In this document: in pieces, positions 7,528 to 21,000 of the stretch | How the letters are laid out: each line of letters begins with the position of its first letter | How positions within the stretch are numbered: position 1 is the stretch's first letter | Assembly: GCA_944383245.1 (NCBI GenBank) | Contig: CALWOU010000002.1 | Location: 6,417-70,416 of the forward strand | Direction: 5' to 3' | Origin: an uncultured Clostridia bacterium | Lineage (GTDB): Bacteria > Bacillota > Clostridia > Christensenellales > UBA1242 | DNA length: 64,000 nt | Translations under genes and position numbers: made by a program | The notes under the pieces: model-generated | Seen by the model: only the letters and a program-made list of their open reading frames with translations | What the model was told of the DNA's origin: nothing | Database searches by the model: none

Positions 7528-10500
7528 TTAATTTTCGTCAGGGCCGAAGATTTGAAGGTATTCCTCCATTGTGATTAAAACTTGGCGAGGTTTCGAACCT
7601 TCTTGCGGACCGATGAATCCTGCGCGTTCCATTTGGTCCATAATTCTGCCTGCGCGGTTAAAACCAACAGAGTATCTCCTTGAAATCATACTACCGCTTG
7701 CTTGTTTTGTTTGAATAAACATTCTAAGTGCGTCTTTTAGCACAGGGTCAAATTCCATATCGCGTTCAGAATTTGTTCCACCGCCAGAATGTCCGCCACC
7801 ATTTCCTTGATGAGGATTTTTGATTGCACGACCAGCATTTTCATCGTAAACAGGTTGATTGTGTTCTTTAATATATTCAACGACCTTAGCAATCTCAGGG
7901 TTAGATACGAATGCACCTTGCACACGTCTTGGTTCAGGTTTATCTTGAGGTTTGAATAGCATATCGCCTTTACCTAGCAATTTTTCAGCGCCACCGCCGT
8001 CAAGCACGGTTTTACTATCCATATAATTGGTTAGCGCAAACGCGATACGGCTTGGTAGATTTGCTTTAACAGTACCCGTGATAACGTCTACACTTGGGCG
8101 CTGAGTTGCAAGCACAAGATGAATGCCCGCTGCACGCGCTTTGGCGGCTAGTTTTGCAATTCTATCTTCAATTTCGCGTTTTGCCTCTAGCATCAAGTCC
8201 GCCAACTCGTCAACCACAATAACAATGTATGGAAGTTTATCTTCTTTTTTAGATTTTACAATTTCAGACTTGTTAAATTCATTAATGTTTACAACGTGAT
8301 TTTTAGCAAACAAAGCATATCTTCGTTCCATCTCTTTAATTGCCCAATCGAGCGCATTGATTGTCATATCCTTATTTGTGATAACTTCAGGAATGAGAAG
8401 ATGAGGCAACCCATTATATGTTGAAAATTCTACCATTTTAGGGTCAACCAATATCAGGCGCAAATCTTGAGGACCCGCTTTGTAACACATACTAAGTAGC
8501 ATAGTGTTTAAGCAAACTGATTTACCACTTCCCGTGCTTCCCGCAACAAGAAGATGAGGCATTTTGTCAAGATTGCAGAAAATTATATCGCCATTAATAT
8601 CTTTTCCAAGCACGAATGAAAGTGGATTTCCGCGCTGTTTAAATTCGTTGCTATCAATAAGTTCGCGAAGGCTAACAGATGAAATGTTTTTATTAGGCAC
8701 TTCAACACCAACCAAATTTTTCCCAGGAATTGGCGCTTCAACACGGATTGCGCCGTTACTTGCAAGTGTCATAGCAATATCGTCCGACATCTGCGCGATT
8801 TTGTTTACCGAAATTCCTCTTGGCATTGAGATTTCGTAACGTGTAACAGCAGGACCAACTTGCACGTTTTGAACTTTTGCTGGAACCTTAAAGTCTTCAA
8901 GCACTTGCTCAAGCCTATCAATATTTTCTTGCAACTCGTCATCCGTTATTTGGTTAGGACTATCAATATAATTCAATAAATCAGCAGGCGGAGCAACATA
9001 AGGAGGAATATTTAATTTTTGAGGTTCTTGGCTAACCGGTTTTTCTTCCACTAGGCTGTGTTTGTTTTGATTAGGAAGGTGGAATTTTGAAATATCAACA
9101 CTAGGGCGAACAACATCGGTTTCAACAGTTGAACCAAGTTTAACATTGTTTGAATAATCATCTAAATACTCGGTCTTATTTAAATTTGGAGTGATTTCAA
9201 CACTATTGTGCGAACTAGTAACAGGTGGATTATTTGATAAATCAGTTAAATCTTCATCTTCATCGCTTATTGTGGCATCAATTTCGCTTTCATCCGCATC
9301 CACAGCAGTTTCGTTTAAACGATTTTCTGATTCATCTTCGTCACTATCAGCATAATCGTCGTCATAATAATCATTGTTATAATCGTTATGAGTTGAATTA
9401 TCGCTTAAAGGTTTAGTATGTTCTTCGTTTTGATTGTTTGTAATAATTTCACTGTAATCTTCTGAATCATCAATAAATAAATCATCATCCGAATTTAAAT
9501 CGGTTAAGTCAATTTCGGTTTGATTTGTATTGTTTGTTTGACTATTATTTAAATCATTATGATTTTGACTTTCAAAGTAAGGCATAGGAGTGCTTTTGCT
9601 TTCTTCATTTGGAGTTTGAATAGTGTCACTCTCAATAGGTTTGATTTCTTCTGCATTTGGTTTAACGTCCTCATCAAAATTGGTTTTTTGCGCTCTTTTT
9701 GGTTTGGAGTAACCGGTTAAATCGTCCTCAAAAATGCTTTCCTTGCTTTCGGTTGTTGGAATAACAGGCTCAAGCGGGGTGAGGATATAGTCGCGCTTGC
9801 TGATTGGTCTGCTTTCGTTTACTCGATTATTTAAATTTAGATTAGGCATACTGCTTGAAATGATTGTTGTTTCGCCTTTAGTTAAGCCTAAGCGCTGTTT
9901 TGCAATTGTTTTTTGTTGCTCTTCTTTGCTAATAGGCTGTTTAGGTTCATCATTAATTTCAAAATCTTCAATGTTTTTAAAATCAAATTTTGTTTTGATT
10001 TCTTTGTTGTTTGATGCTTTGTTAACATACATATAGTCAATGATAAGACCCACAAAAATTGCAAGAGCAATCGCAGAGAAAATGTAGACACCAACAATAG
10101 TCAAAAGTTTAACAATAGGGTATGATATTAAACTAAATAACAATCCGCCCGCAGTGGTTTTTGCGTGATATGTGTCAGCTAAAAATTGCCCATATGATTC
10201 AAGTGGAATACGCGATGTTAGAATTAAGTGGAAAATGAACCACACAATAAATAAACTTATTGATAAATACACCACATATTTAGTTTTAATACTATATTTT
10301 TTTCCACGCAAAAACATAATTGAAAAGAAACATCCAATAAGAGTTAGAGGATAAACACTCAGCCCAATCACACCTAATATAACGTTTCTTATAAAGTTAG
10401 GGAAAAGGCATAAAACAAACAAAACTGCGCAAACTATAAGAAAAATCAGTGAAGGGCGAACTTTACTTTTTGTTTTAACCTTCTCTTTTGCCGGTTTTAT

Positions 10501-10572
10501 TTTTTCCTCTTTTTGCTTTTCCTTTTTCTCTGGTTTTTTATTACTATTAAATGATGATTTATATATAGACAT
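7528..10572 (-). CDS. ftsK: DNA translocase FtsK/SpoIIIE
   Basis: The N-terminus has TM helices, followed by a long acidic, low-complexity linker. It has Walker A LVAGSTGSGKSV and a C-terminal gamma (winged-helix) domain, ISRRYSVGFNRAGRIMDQME. Confidence 0.95.
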   Translation of the reverse strand: MSIYKSSFNSNKKPEKKEKQKEEKIKPAKEKVKTKSKVRPSLIFLIVCAVLFVLCLFPNFIRNVILGVIGLSVYPLTLIGCFFSIMFLRGKKYSIKTKYVVYLSISLFIVWFIFHLILTSRIPLESYGQFLADTYHAKTTAGGLLFSLISYPIVKLLTIVGVYIFSAIALAIFVGLIIDYMYVNKASNNKEIKTKFDFKNIEDFEINDEPKQPISKEEQQKTIAKQRLGLTKGETTIISSSMPNLNLNNRVNESRPISKRDYILTPLEPVIPTTESKESIFEDDLTGYSKPKRAQKTNFDEDVKPNAEEIKPIESDTIQTPNEESKSTPMPYFESQNHNDLNNSQTNNTNQTEIDLTDLNSDDDLFIDDSEDYSEIITNNQNEEHTKPLSDNSTHNDYNNDYYDDDYADSDEDESENRLNETAVDADESEIDATISDEDEDLTDLSNNPPVTSSHNSVEITPNLNKTEYLDDYSNNVKLGSTVETDVVRPSVDISKFHLPNQNKHSLVEEKPVSQEPQKLNIPPYVAPPADLLNYIDSPNQITDDELQENIDRLEQVLEDFKVPAKVQNVQVGPAVTRYEISMPRGISVNKIAQMSDDIAMTLASNGAIRVEAPIPGKNLVGVEVPNKNISSVSLRELIDSNEFKQRGNPLSFVLGKDINGDIIFCNLDKMPHLLVAGSTGSGKSVCLNTMLLSMCYKAGPQDLRLILVDPKMVEFSTYNGLPHLLIPEVITNKDMTINALDWAIKEMERRYALFAKNHVVNINEFNKSEIVKSKKEDKLPYIVIVVDELADLMLEAKREIEDRIAKLAAKARAAGIHLVLATQRPSVDVITGTVKANLPSRIAFALTNYMDSKTVLDGGGAEKLLGKGDMLFKPQDKPEPRRVQGAFVSNPEIAKVVEYIKEHNQPVYDENAGRAIKNPHQGNGGGHSGGGTNSERDMEFDPVLKDALRMFIQTKQASGSMISRRYSVGFNRAGRIMDQMERAGFIGPQEGSKPRQVLITMEEYLQIFGPDEN

Positions 10573-10825
10573 ATTAATTACCTTATATAAGTATACAAAA
10601 AAACAATAAAAAATTCAAATGATTTTATAAAAAAATAAATAAAGTTTAAATTTAAACAAAATATTTAAAAATTTATAAAAAATATGCAAATAATACTAGA
10701 AAATAGTAAATTTCATTAATTTTTCTTAAAATTTAATAAAAAAATATTATTTAAATCGGTTATTTTATTTGGAAATTAAATTTAAATGTGTTAAAATGAA
10801 GTTAGAAATATTATAGGGGTAAGAA

Positions 10826-11620
10826 ATGAACGAAAATAATATTGTTCATTTAATAGACGAAAATATAGGCAACAATCATTTTGCCTTGAGTTTTGTGCCA
10901 ATTTTAGAAAGAGCGGTTGGTGTTGATTATTATTCATATTTATTTATTGCGTTTTCATCGCTTGAGAGTTTGAAAAATAAAAATCTTGAACTTAGAGAAA
11001 AAATTAATCAAAATAATTCATACATAAATAATTTTGAAAAAAATGTGGATAGCCTAAAAGAAAAAATTGCAGGTATTAAAAACAAGCAATTAAAAGAAAT
11101 TGAAAGTTTGATTGACATTAAATATAACGAGAATTTAAATAATAAAGTGGAAGAGATAAAGGAAGAAATTAACACTGTTTTTAACGAACTAATCGAAGCA
11201 AATAATGCTCTTTTGCCAAGCGAAAACTTAGATGCCGAAATATCTTCAATAAAGGCGGAAATCAAAGAGATATTGTTAGATATTAAGTTTGCATATAGTA
11301 AACTGCGCACTCTAGGTAGTTTAAATATTTTTAATCCTAGAATTAAAGAAGAATGCAGAGTTGAGTTTTTGTCTAGCTTGGAAGAATCAAATGAAAATGC
11401 TAACGAAGTTTTTGAAAAACTTTGGAATTTAGCCCTAGATGAGGCAAATGGATTGAATAAAATTGCAAATATGGCAAAGCAAGTTAGTTTAAAATATCCA
11501 ACCGGTCTTGAGGAGTTCGACGATATTGATATAAAAAAGATTGAACACGCAATAAATGAGTATGATAACAACTTTAGCAGGCTAACAAAAATCACAGATG
11601 AAGAATTGTTAAATTCGTAG
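10826..11620 (+). CDS. Hypothetical coiled-coil protein
   Basis: 264-aa ORF with a GGGG ribosome-binding site. It is heptad-like and E/K/N/L-rich, with no catalytic motif. A CGAAAAA/TTTTTCG hairpin with a T-run follows it. Confidence 0.6.
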   Translation: MNENNIVHLIDENIGNNHFALSFVPILERAVGVDYYSYLFIAFSSLESLKNKNLELREKINQNNSYINNFEKNVDSLKEKIAGIKNKQLKEIESLIDIKYNENLNNKVEEIKEEINTVFNELIEANNALLPSENLDAEISSIKAEIKEILLDIKFAYSKLRTLGSLNIFNPRIKEECRVEFLSSLEESNENANEVFEKLWNLALDEANGLNKIANMAKQVSLKYPTGLEEFDDIDIKKIEHAINEYDNNFSRLTKITDEELLNS

Positions 11621-11810
11621 TTTTGTAATCATAAGGTAAAACTCGTGAACAATCAAAATTAAATAAATTTCCAATTTTACGAAAAACTCTCACTTTTTCG
11701 TTTCCTTTTTTTTTGATATGTGTTATAATTATTAGGTTATTAATAATAATTAGTTTAGTGCTACGTATTTTTAATACAATGAATAAGTGTAGATATTTTA
11801 AGGAGAAAAA

Positions 11811-13892
11811 ATGCAAGAGAAAATTTACAAAACAGAAATAGGCGGAAAAGAAGTTACGGTTAAATTAGGAAAGTATTGTATGCAGGCGAGCGGTCACTGC
11901 GTAGTAAGTTCGGGGGATACTGTTGTTATGGTCAACACAGTTATGTCAAAATCTCCGCGCCCAGGAATGGATTTCTTTCCGCTAAGTGTGGATTATGAAG
12001 AAAAAATGTATAGTGTTGGAAAAATTCCGGGTGGTTGGAAAAGAAGAGAAGGTCGCCCAGCAGATTCGGCAATTCTAAGGTCGAGATTAATCGATAGACC
12101 ACTTCGTCCATTGTTTCCAAAAGGTTTTTATAACGATGTAACTGTTGTTGCAACTCCACTATCTGTCGACCCAGACGTTAGCCCAGAACCACTTGCAATG
12201 CTTGGTTCGTCTATCGCTTTGTCAGTTAGCGATATTCCTTTTGAGGGTCCAACAGGCTCGGTTAAAATTGGTATGGTGGACGGAAAATTTATTATCAATC
12301 CAACCGAAGAAGAAAGTAAGCATAGTGTGATGGATGTAACCGTTTCAGGCACGAAAGACGCGGTTATGATGGTTGAGGCGGGCGCAAAAGAAGTTAGCGA
12401 AAAAGTAATGCTAGATGCGATAATGTTTGCTCACGAAGAAATTAAAAAACAAGTTGCCTTCCAAGAAAAAATAGTTAAAGAATTAGGCGTTAAAAAAGCA
12501 CAAATCGAATATGAAACAATTCCAGAAGAAATAGATAAGGCGGTTAGAGAGTATGCAAACGATAAAATGGATAAACTGCTTGAAATTTTTGATAGGCATA
12601 TTCGTAACGACTTAGAGGACGACTTAGATAGAGAAGTTAACGAACATTTCTCAGAAATTTACCCAGACAATTTAAAATTTGTGAGCCAAGTTTTATACAA
12701 TATGAAAAAAGAAAAAGTGCGCCATAAAATATTATTTGAAGGAATCCGCCCAGACGGAAGAAAAACAAATGAAATTCGCCCAATTTGGTGCGAAGTTGGG
12801 CTTCTTCCAAGAGTGCATGGTTCGGGTGTGTTCACTCGTGGCGAAACTCAAGTGTTATCAACTTGCACGCTTGGTATGCTTTCAGACGCGCAAGAATTGG
12901 AAGGATTAGACGGCGAAGAAGAAAAACGTTATATGCACCAATATAATATGCCGGGCTACACAACAGGCGAGGCAAAACCATTGCGCTCAGCTGGAAGAAG
13001 AGAGATTGGTCACGGTGCGCTTGCAGAACGCGCGCTAGAACCGGTTATTCCAAGCGAACAAGATTTCCCATATGCCATTCGCGTGGTAAGTGATGTGTTA
13101 AGTTCAAATGGTTCAACTTCTATGGCATCAACTTGCGGTAGCACATTAGCACTTATGGATGCGGGCGTTCCAATCAGTGCGCCTGTTGCAGGTGTTGCTA
13201 TGGGGCTAATGAAAGATAAAGAAACGGGCAAAGTTGCAGTGTTAACCGATATTCAAGGTTTGGAAGATTTCTTTGGAGATATGGATTTTAAAGTTACAGG
13301 CACAGAAAAAGGAATCACAGCAATTCAAATGGATATCAAAATTCACGGCATTGATAGAGAAATTTTAACTATGGCGCTAGAGCAAGCGCGCCTTGGTAGA
13401 CTTGAAATTTTAAAGAAAATGCTTGAAGTTATTCCTACTCCTAGAAAAGAACTTTCAAAATATGCGCCTAAGGTTGTAACATTTAAAATTGACCCAGATA
13501 AAATTAGAGAAGTTATTGGTAGCGGTGGCAAGGTTATCAACCAAATTATTGATGCAACAGGTGTTAAAATCGACATTGAAGATAGTGGAGATGTGTTTGT
13601 TTCGTCAACTGATAGCGATATGATTGAAAAAGCACGTAAAATGATTGAGGCAATTGTAACCGATTTCGAACTCAACTGCGAGTATGAAGGCACAGTTGTT
13701 CGCACCACACAATTTGGCGCGTTTGTTGAAGTTGCACCAGGCAAAGAAGGAATGATTCATATCAGTAAACTTAGCAAAGAACACGTTGATAAGGTTGAAG
13801 ATGTTGTGAACGTTGGGGACATTGTGCTTGTTAAAACAATTAAAATAGACGAGCGCGGTCGCGTTGATATGAAACTAATTAAAAAATTATAG
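11811..13892 (+). CDS. pnp: Polyribonucleotide nucleotidyltransferase (PNPase)
   Basis: It has two RNase-PH-like cores and C-terminal KH ([13 protein letters not shown]) and S1 ([15 protein letters not shown]) domains. Confidence 0.96.
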   Translation: MQEKIYKTEIGGKEVTVKLGKYCMQASGHCVVSSGDTVVMVNTVMSKSPRPGMDFFPLSVDYEEKMYSVGKIPGGWKRREGRPADSAILRSRLIDRPLRPLFPKGFYNDVTVVATPLSVDPDVSPEPLAMLGSSIALSVSDIPFEGPTGSVKIGMVDGKFIINPTEEESKHSVMDVTVSGTKDAVMMVEAGAKEVSEKVMLDAIMFAHEEIKKQVAFQEKIVKELGVKKAQIEYETIPEEIDKAVREYANDKMDKLLEIFDRHIRNDLEDDLDREVNEHFSEIYPDNLKFVSQVLYNMKKEKVRHKILFEGIRPDGRKTNEIRPIWCEVGLLPRVHGSGVFTRGETQVLSTCTLGMLSDAQELEGLDGEEEKRYMHQYNMPGYTTGEAKPLRSAGRREIGHGALAERALEPVIPSEQDFPYAIRVVSDVLSSNGSTSMASTCGSTLALMDAGVPISAPVAGVAMGLMKDKETGKVAVLTDIQGLEDFFGDMDFKVTGTEKGITAIQMDIKIHGIDREILTMALEQARLGRLEILKKMLEVIPTPRKELSKYAPKVVTFKIDPDKIREVIGSGGKVINQIIDATGVKIDIEDSGDVFVSSTDSDMIEKARKMIEAIVTDFELNCEYEGTVVRTTQFGAFVEVAPGKEGMIHISKLSKEHVDKVEDVVNVGDIVLVKTIKIDERGRVDMKLIKKL

Positions 13893-14153
13893 AAATTTAA
13901 AAGGTTAGCGATTAAAATTGCTTCGGTGTAGACAGCATAAATCGCTGATCTTTTTTAATAATGTATTGATAAATTTATAATTTATTTAAGCACAAGTCAT
14001 AACTTTTTAAATTTTTATTTTTTACTATTAAAATATCTATTTTATAGTATTTTTCGATAATTTCAATATTTTTTGCAAATTATTTTTTATATATTTATAT
14101 AAAAAAGTGGTAATTTAGTTGGAAATTTTTGATTTTTTGGTTAAAATATATGT

Positions 14154-15053
14154 ATGGAGAATTTTGATGTTGTGATCGTAGGGGCTGGGCCAGCAGGTTT
14201 AACTGCAGGAATTTTTTGTTCTCGCGCGGGGCTTAAAACTTTGTGCCTTGAAAAATTGGCGGTTGGCGGTCAAGCGTCTTTATCTTACAGCATTGAAAAC
14301 TTTCCTTCAATTTTATCAATTTCTGGCTTTGATTTAGCAATTAAAATTTTAGAGCAAGCAAAATCTTGCGGGATGATTTACAGAGAGGAAAATGTAGTTG
14401 GTGTGTCTAAGTCGCGAGGCGGATTTAAAGTGGAAACTAAATCTAACACATATATGGCAAAAAAAGTAATTTTAGCGTGTGGAAATAAAGCGCGAAAATT
14501 AGGTTTAGAAAAAGAAGAGCAGTTTATTGGTAGAGGCATCAGTTACTGCGCTAGTTGCGACGGCGGATTTTTTAAAAATAAGATTGTGGCAGTCGTGGGT
14601 GGCGGAGATACTGCAGTTAGCGATGTTGAATATCTAACCCGCGTGGCAAGCAAAATTTATTTAATCAACAGAAGTGAAAAATTCAAAGCGGGTATAAGAA
14701 AAATAAACGAAATCAAAAAATTTAAAAATGTTGAAGTGTTAACAAATGCAAAAGTTCTTTATCTTATTGGAAATGATAAGTTAGAGGGAATAAACGTTGA
14801 GGTTGACGGAAAAAAGAGGAAGTTCGCGATTGATGGATTGTTCGTTGCAATCGGTCACGTTCCAGATTTGTCATTTTTAAACATTGACGTCAAATTGGAT
14901 AATTTGGGTTACATTATAGTTGATGAAAATATGCAAACAAGCATAAAAAATTTATTTGCAGCAGGGGATATCGTTAGTAAAAATTTCAAGCAAGTCATAA
15001 CCGCGTGTAGTGACGGTGCCATTGCTGGCAATTCGTGCGTAGGAGGAAAATGA
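14154..15053 (+). CDS. trxB: Thioredoxin-disulfide reductase
   Basis: It has the FAD motif VIVGAGPAG, the redox CASC in SYCASCDG and the NADPH motif VVGGGDTA. Confidence 0.9.
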   Translation: MENFDVVIVGAGPAGLTAGIFCSRAGLKTLCLEKLAVGGQASLSYSIENFPSILSISGFDLAIKILEQAKSCGMIYREENVVGVSKSRGGFKVETKSNTYMAKKVILACGNKARKLGLEKEEQFIGRGISYCASCDGGFFKNKIVAVVGGGDTAVSDVEYLTRVASKIYLINRSEKFKAGIRKINEIKKFKNVEVLTNAKVLYLIGNDKLEGINVEVDGKKRKFAIDGLFVAIGHVPDLSFLNIDVKLDNLGYIIVDENMQTSIKNLFAAGDIVSKNFKQVITACSDGAIAGNSCVGGK

Positions 15054-18000
15054 AAAAGAAAGTAGGATTTATTTTCACATTTGCGTTGGTGATTTGTTCA
15101 CTATTCTTTGCTATGCCTCTATCAGGCACACACGCATATGAACCAACCGACGAAGTTGATAGCAAATATTTGATAACCACAGATTATGATAATAACGAAG
15201 TCTATTTATCTAACGAGGTGGCGGGCAAAACTAGTGGCTATGGCGATTTTATTATTGACGAGCGCGATATAACCTTGTCAACCACTGCACAACCGGGATT
15301 CAAAATTGCTGGTTGGCAAATTCTTTATGTTGACAGCGGAACAACTAGGTTTGTTGACGCAGATGAAGCCGGTTTAATTGATGGCATATACACACAAACT
15401 GTGGAAATCGATGCAGAATATTCAGTTGACATTGTTATCAATTATTTTGATGAAAATTCAAACGGAATAAAGAATCGCTCAACCTTCACAATATCTCGTG
15501 TGTTTGATGATTTGCGCGTTGAACCTGTGTTTGAATACATATATTATAAAGTGCAAGTGGACGATGCAAAAGCCATCGGAAATTTAGAAGATTTCAACAC
15601 TTTACCTCTATCTAGTTTAGAAACATTATATTATGAAACTCAAACCGATTTAGGAGATAGAATTCATTATTCTAATTCGTATATTGAAACAGCTGAAGGG
15701 TTGTTTTATTATGGAGATGTTTATAGCGAAGAAGTGGTTAATGCTGACTCAACAACCTCAACAAGATATTACACAATCCACTATAGAAATGCGCAAGCGG
15801 GTTCTAGCGAAAAAATTGATTATTCCTTAGGTGGATTTAGAATAAACGAAGCTGTTGATTATAATTTGAATATAAACACATCAAGTGATTTAAAAAATAG
15901 TGTTAATATTGAAATTGTTTCGGCTGAAATTAGTTCGTCGCAAGGAATAACCACTTTATCAGACAATGAGGAAAATTCAATTTATTCTGTTGAAACAGAT
16001 AGTTATTTGCGTTCAACTAGACTGCACGTAAATTTCTCCGTTGTGGATTCAATCGACCAAATCAATTATTTAAATATAAATTACAACAATCTATATTTAG
16101 TTGATGTTGTGATTATGTTGGACGGCGAAAACGCAACAGGCACAAGAGAAAACGACATTTTAAGTGTGGTTAATGTTGATAACTATTATTCGCAAGTTAA
16201 TGCAAAGCAATATTTTGCAAAATCAAGAGAAAGCAATGATTCATATTCGCTAAGAGTTTCAACTATAGATTTAATATCCAACACGGTGGATGAAGTAACA
16301 TATAACTATTATGAATTTTCTTCAATCGACGGAGTTAATCAATTATATCAAACATATGAGGAAATAACCGATAATTTTGAAGTTGTAATTGCCTATAATT
16401 CAGTTCAGTATTTAATTGATTTTGAGTTTGTTGTGTATTATAACGACGCGTTCAACACAATTGAAGGCGATTTTAATGTGGAAGATAGCATAAGTTTCAC
16501 TCGTGGCGAAGAGATTATTATCAACAAAACAGCAACTTCTGATAACGTTGGATTTAACTTTTTAGGTTTTGCTCTAAGTGAAGAAAGTTTTTCAAATAAT
16601 TCATCCTTGATGATTCAAACCGACGAAGAAAGACCTGTCAATATAACCGTTTATATGGTTTATGAGTTTATTGATTATACGATAACTATTCGTAATTTTG
16701 ACCAAATAACACTTACTAATAACGACGAAACATACTATGCGATTAATCAAATAAATTTAACACATTTAAGAAATTTAAATAGTGATGTGTATTCGTTATT
16801 TGCAAACGATTTAAGAGCGGACCAAGATAAAGCAATAACATTTTCAGTTAGTGTTAATTTGTATGACTCAATCACACTAAACGCAATTACCAACAATGGA
16901 TTCTATATTGCGGGGTATAAGCCAAATAATTTAGGTTCGTTGTTTGAAGGAAATATATTCTCACTTGAAATAACTCAAGACACAATCAGCCAATTTGCAG
17001 TAGACAATAATTTCGACATTTACATATTTGAAGAATTCACGCGTTACACTGTAACTTATTATATCGACCCAAGCCTAGACACAAACACAAATCAAATGGT
17101 TGTTATGGCAGATATTGATGTTACCGCGCCAGAATACGCTAATATATCGCGTTCGTTTATAGTTGAGGGTGCAGAAATTGATTATTCCACTAGGCACGAA
17201 ATTGTTGTTGGAAATTTGAAATTATACGACGCAGTAGATTTAACCTCTCACGGAAGAACGGTTACAGGCGAGGATGGAGATTATAGTTATGTGTTCGTTC
17301 GTTTTGCCGAAAATGACTTAGGAAATTTAAACTATTCAGTGGATGAAGATAGTCTACTTTACACCCATTCTTTGCAGATTTTAAGAGATATAAGCATAAA
17401 AGTTGTTTATTCAATGCAAAGTTCAAAATTGTTTGTTTCGCTAGATAATTTGAATGCGTATGAATTATCTTACATTTCATTTTATAGGAATGGAACTGAA
17501 GAGTTAACAATGGACGAAACTGACAATTCAGTTATGGTGGAAGAGGGCGAGTTGACCATCGTTTTAAATCCAATGTTTGAAAATAGGACATTTAATTTTG
17601 GATATAGACTAGTTGGTTACACTCAAACTATCGGCGGAGTTACAACGAGTTACGAAACGTCAGACACAACTTTCACAATCCGCACAATCGGTAGCAGTTT
17701 CCAATTCTTAGAATTAAATTTTGTTGAAATGGAGTTTAGGTTAACTGTTAGCCAATATGGTGGCGGATATAGTGGAGAATATGTTGAGTTTAGTGAAAAT
17801 CAAACCTACACATCTCTTGATATTAACAACTTAACTTTGGAATTCAATAAACCTGAAGGTTATTATGTTAGTAGCACATATTTTGTAAACATTGTTGAAA
17901 ACCCTTACCCAAGTATATTTGAATTAAACGAAGAAGTTTCATCAATTTTTAGTTACACATTTAATCCAACTCAATGGGAAGAAATTGTTGAAACATATGG

Positions 18001-21000
18001 TGTGGAACAAACCGACTATATTCAAGTTGATATGCGCGTGTTTTATTCTATCTACACGTTTGAGATAACAGTAGACTACGAACTAACTAATCCAAAATAT
18101 AACACCACCGACTTGCTAGTTCCTTATCCAAATATTGCACTAACATATTCGTTAGATAATGTTAGCAACACAGTGCAAGCAACAAGAGAGGAAAACACTT
18201 TAACATTTATAGGTGTTCCTTATGGCTCAAGTGTTGTGCTAAGAGTTGAAAGTTTACCTTCTGGATTCTCTTCTCAAGTCAATTGGACAATGCAAAACAA
18301 TTTAAAGCCAAACAATCCACCATATGTTTATGACACTTTAACTCTTTCAATTTCAAGAATAACACAAAATGAGGCATTTAAATACAAATTGGATTATTTG
18401 GCATACGATGTTGTGTTATCCTATAAAAATCAGGGTAGCCCGTATGTGTTAGTTAACGATGAACAAACAAATTCCGTAGAGTTATATGACAATCTTAAAA
18501 TCTTCACTAACGCAAATAAATCAAGTGGTTTCCAATTTAAGAATTTGTATTATTTTAGGCAAGAATATGTGCCATATGTGTATGATGAGGCAACTTGGAA
18601 TGAAAGTGCGCTAAGTTTGTACATTTATGAAAATGATGAGTATAGAAAAAATGATAGTTACACATATGATGAAAACTTATCCTACTTTTCACTTGAAGAT
18701 ATTAGAGTGGACTATTCTTTAAGCACAATGTATGAGGACACAGCATTCGATCCATTAAACTACAAAGTTGAAAATAATAGCATATATTTTTACATAGAGT
18801 ATGACTATATTCAAATAACAATTATTAATAATAATCTTCTTGCTAAAAATTCAGCAAGTTTAGAGATAGGCGATTTATCAACTCCTGTTAGTGATTTCAC
18901 AACTTATTCATTATTCCTAGAATCGGACGGCGAACTAATCCAAGTGGAAAATGATCGTATATTTGATTATCGCGATAAAAGAATAATAATTAGGATTGAT
19001 TTTAATGATATTATGGTGGATGGTCAACCATTCAACTTATCTCGCGGTATTGTATTAGAAAATATAACTTTCTTAAATTATCAAACTTACGCATTCACTC
19101 CTGTTGAAGGTGAGGATTATGATTATGAATTGACATTAACATTTAGTGACTTTATTGTGGACATCCCAGATTCGGGCGAATTAACAATAAATTATGTCTA
19201 TAGAGTAGAAACAGTTACAACCACAATAACAACTAATATTGAATCTTCATCGTTTTATTATAATGACAGTGGAAGAATTTTCTATTTCCAAGCAGATTCA
19301 CTAGGTTCATCTGATCCATCATTTGGTGGTAGTTCTGTAACTTCTGGTAGGGACGACACTAATTTATCTCTATCATATTCATTCCAATTTTTAGGTTTAG
19401 TTGATTTCACCTTCTGGTTTGACCAATCAACAGGTTATTCACAGTTCTTTAAAATAACAAGCATAAGAGTGTATAATTCTCAAGGTGGATTGATTGAAGA
19501 TTTTTCAAAATATGGAATTTTCACTCAACGCTCTGGCGAAGATAATAAAATAATAGAATTGATTAAAGCAAGATATATTGAAGACTTAACTATTGAGCTT
19601 ATGGTTCAACCTATCATTTATTATAATGACGCGGAAGTTATTAATGGCGATTATATTTTCACACGCGAGTTTGATTGTGATAACTATGGACTTGGAATAT
19701 CGCAAATATTATCAATTGGAACAAGTTCGGGTGATCAAATTCAAACAAGCGAGTTAATTTTGGAATCTTTAAGAGATGATTTGGGTAATTATAATGTTTA
19801 CTACACTGTTGCAGGCTCGCAAACAACTCAACCTGTTCAACCAACAAATGTAGGGCAGTATGAATTGCATTTTGATTTTAACTCAACGGGCGAATTTGAG
19901 TGGATGGATGAAATTCAACTAGATTATCACGTATATTTAATTATCACTCCGCTGGATGTTGAAATAACTTACAGCATTGATAGAACGTTTGAAAAGACAT
20001 ACGACGGCAGTTCATCTCCCGACACTAATCAAATGAATCAAGTTATACAGAGTTTAGTTATAACCGACAATTCAAGTATGAACTTAAATTATTCATCGCA
20101 ATATAATTTTGCATTATCGCCAAATATCGTTGGTAGAATCACGTATTTAGATAGAGGTCAACAGGTTGAAACTGCTAGGGCAAACGAGGATGTTTTCTAT
20201 AACATTTATTTAACAGGTTTGCAATTTGTGAATTCTTCATTAAGTTCAGATTATTTCAATATAAATAATTTCAATCTAGTAAACTCATCGCTTGCAATAA
20301 GTGCGGTGATTAAAATTAATAGAAAAGCGCTCAATATTGTAGGTCTTGCTGTGGATGATAAAGTTTATGATGGTTCGGTTGGAGTTACAATTAGTGATGA
20401 CGCAAACGTTAGGTTAAGTGGTGTTGTTGGAGATGACGATGCAAATCTAGTAATAGAAAATATTCGCCTTAGTTTTGAAAATCCAGAAATTGGAGAAAAT
20501 AAAAATATTATCGTGGAAATAAATAACACCTTAACAGGTGAGGATTCAACCAACTATAGATTAAATCCAATTTCAGGAATAACTGCAACAATTTATCCAT
20601 ATAGTGTAAGCACATATATTGAAGGTTTTGGCGAAATTGAAGTGATAAATCAACGTGGACTAACCGACCAATCTAAAGTTTCACTAATTCCAATTGGCGC
20701 AACACTAAAAGTTGGAACGTTTGATAACGATAGTTCTGAATATTTGGATATTTATAATATAATTGCGAACTATTTATCTAACGGAAGGGTGTTTGAAATT
20801 GGTTTGGTGCTAAGTTTTGAACAAAATGGCATAGAAATGAATTTGCCTAAGGATTTATATATTTCTCTTCCAAAAGTTGATAGACTTACAAACGTGGTTT
20901 ATCTAACCGGTCAAAATACAGGTGATTTAACCTATGTTGACCAAGGAGAAACAATTTTAATTGACCTAAATCAAATAAATGATGATATTGACACATTATT

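Noticed and set aside
11008-11595. A 195-aa antisense ORF inside the coiled-coil gene. Similar long antisense ORFs occur at 23091-23450, 25826-26218, 13343-13744, 32101-32535 and 58189-58701.
   Set aside because: They are mirror ORFs of low-complexity or AT-rich coding sequence on the opposite strand of well-supported genes. Their products are S/F/L/I-rich with no motifs and no ribosome-binding sites.
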